From Thermoanaerobaculia bacterium (GTDB lineage Bacteria; Acidobacteriota; Thermoanaerobaculia; Gp7-AA8), in assembly GCA_035525045.1 (NCBI GenBank), contig DATLEX010000304.1, positions 1-60,478 of the forward strand: 60,478 nucleotides of DNA, given 5' to 3'. Each line of letters begins with the position of its first letter. The stretch's first letter is position 1. The position numbers and the translations under genes are program-made. Shown one piece after another: positions 60,453 to 60,478 of this stretch. Below the pieces are notes generated by a model. That model was not told the DNA's origin and did no database searches. It worked only from the letters and a program-made list of their open reading frames with translations.

Positions 60453-60478
60453 TAGGGGTCACATCGAGTAGTAGGGGT

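Overview
This is a 60.5-kb, very GC-rich bacterial chromosomal segment. Codon third positions are nearly saturated with G/C, so almost every real gene is shadowed by long Arg/Pro/Gly-rich antisense or off-frame ORFs, which I rejected. Gene content suggests an Acidobacteriota-like organism (inference only): a VWFA-type protein of the acidobacterial kind, a TPR-tailed Ser/Thr kinase, three parvulin-type chaperones and a giant Ig/cadherin-repeat surface protein. Most of the window is housekeeping: mfd, ilvE, rpsF-rpsR-rplI, yceD-rpmF-plsX-fabD-fabG, hpt, rnj, asnS, rarA, mreB, and tRNA-Gly(CCC), tRNA-Thr(CGT) and tRNA-Arg(TCG). No CRISPR array, IS element, prophage or recognisable defence system was seen. 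The most interesting non-standard signals are: (1) an AT-rich consensus promoter, a ~185-nt leader and a 19-codon Lys/Ser mini-ORF with its own SD and terminator, directly upstream of a DUF4097-DUF2892-ECF sigma operon with an RsrA-like zinc anti-sigma; (2) a Ser/Thr kinase gene sitting between diverged direct copies of the hpt/rnj convergent junction, which leaves hpt and rnj 3' pseudo-fragments (a Campbell-type integration signature); (3) inverted arrays of the heptamer CCGTTAA around an AT-rich core with two TTGT-N6-ACAA palindromes between a dynamin-like gene and asnS, plus a second heptamer family (GGGCTCR) abutting stop codons at three other loci; (4) an uncharacterised module of a membrane protein, a YgiC/YjfC-type ATP-grasp ligase and an unknown protein; (5) a decayed patch around tRNA-Arg, including an internally deleted Crp/Fnr remnant, that lies where the fab cluster would normally continue. 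All coordinates were derived by hand from the sequence and the ORF track. Domain names are recalled from motif recognition, not from searches.
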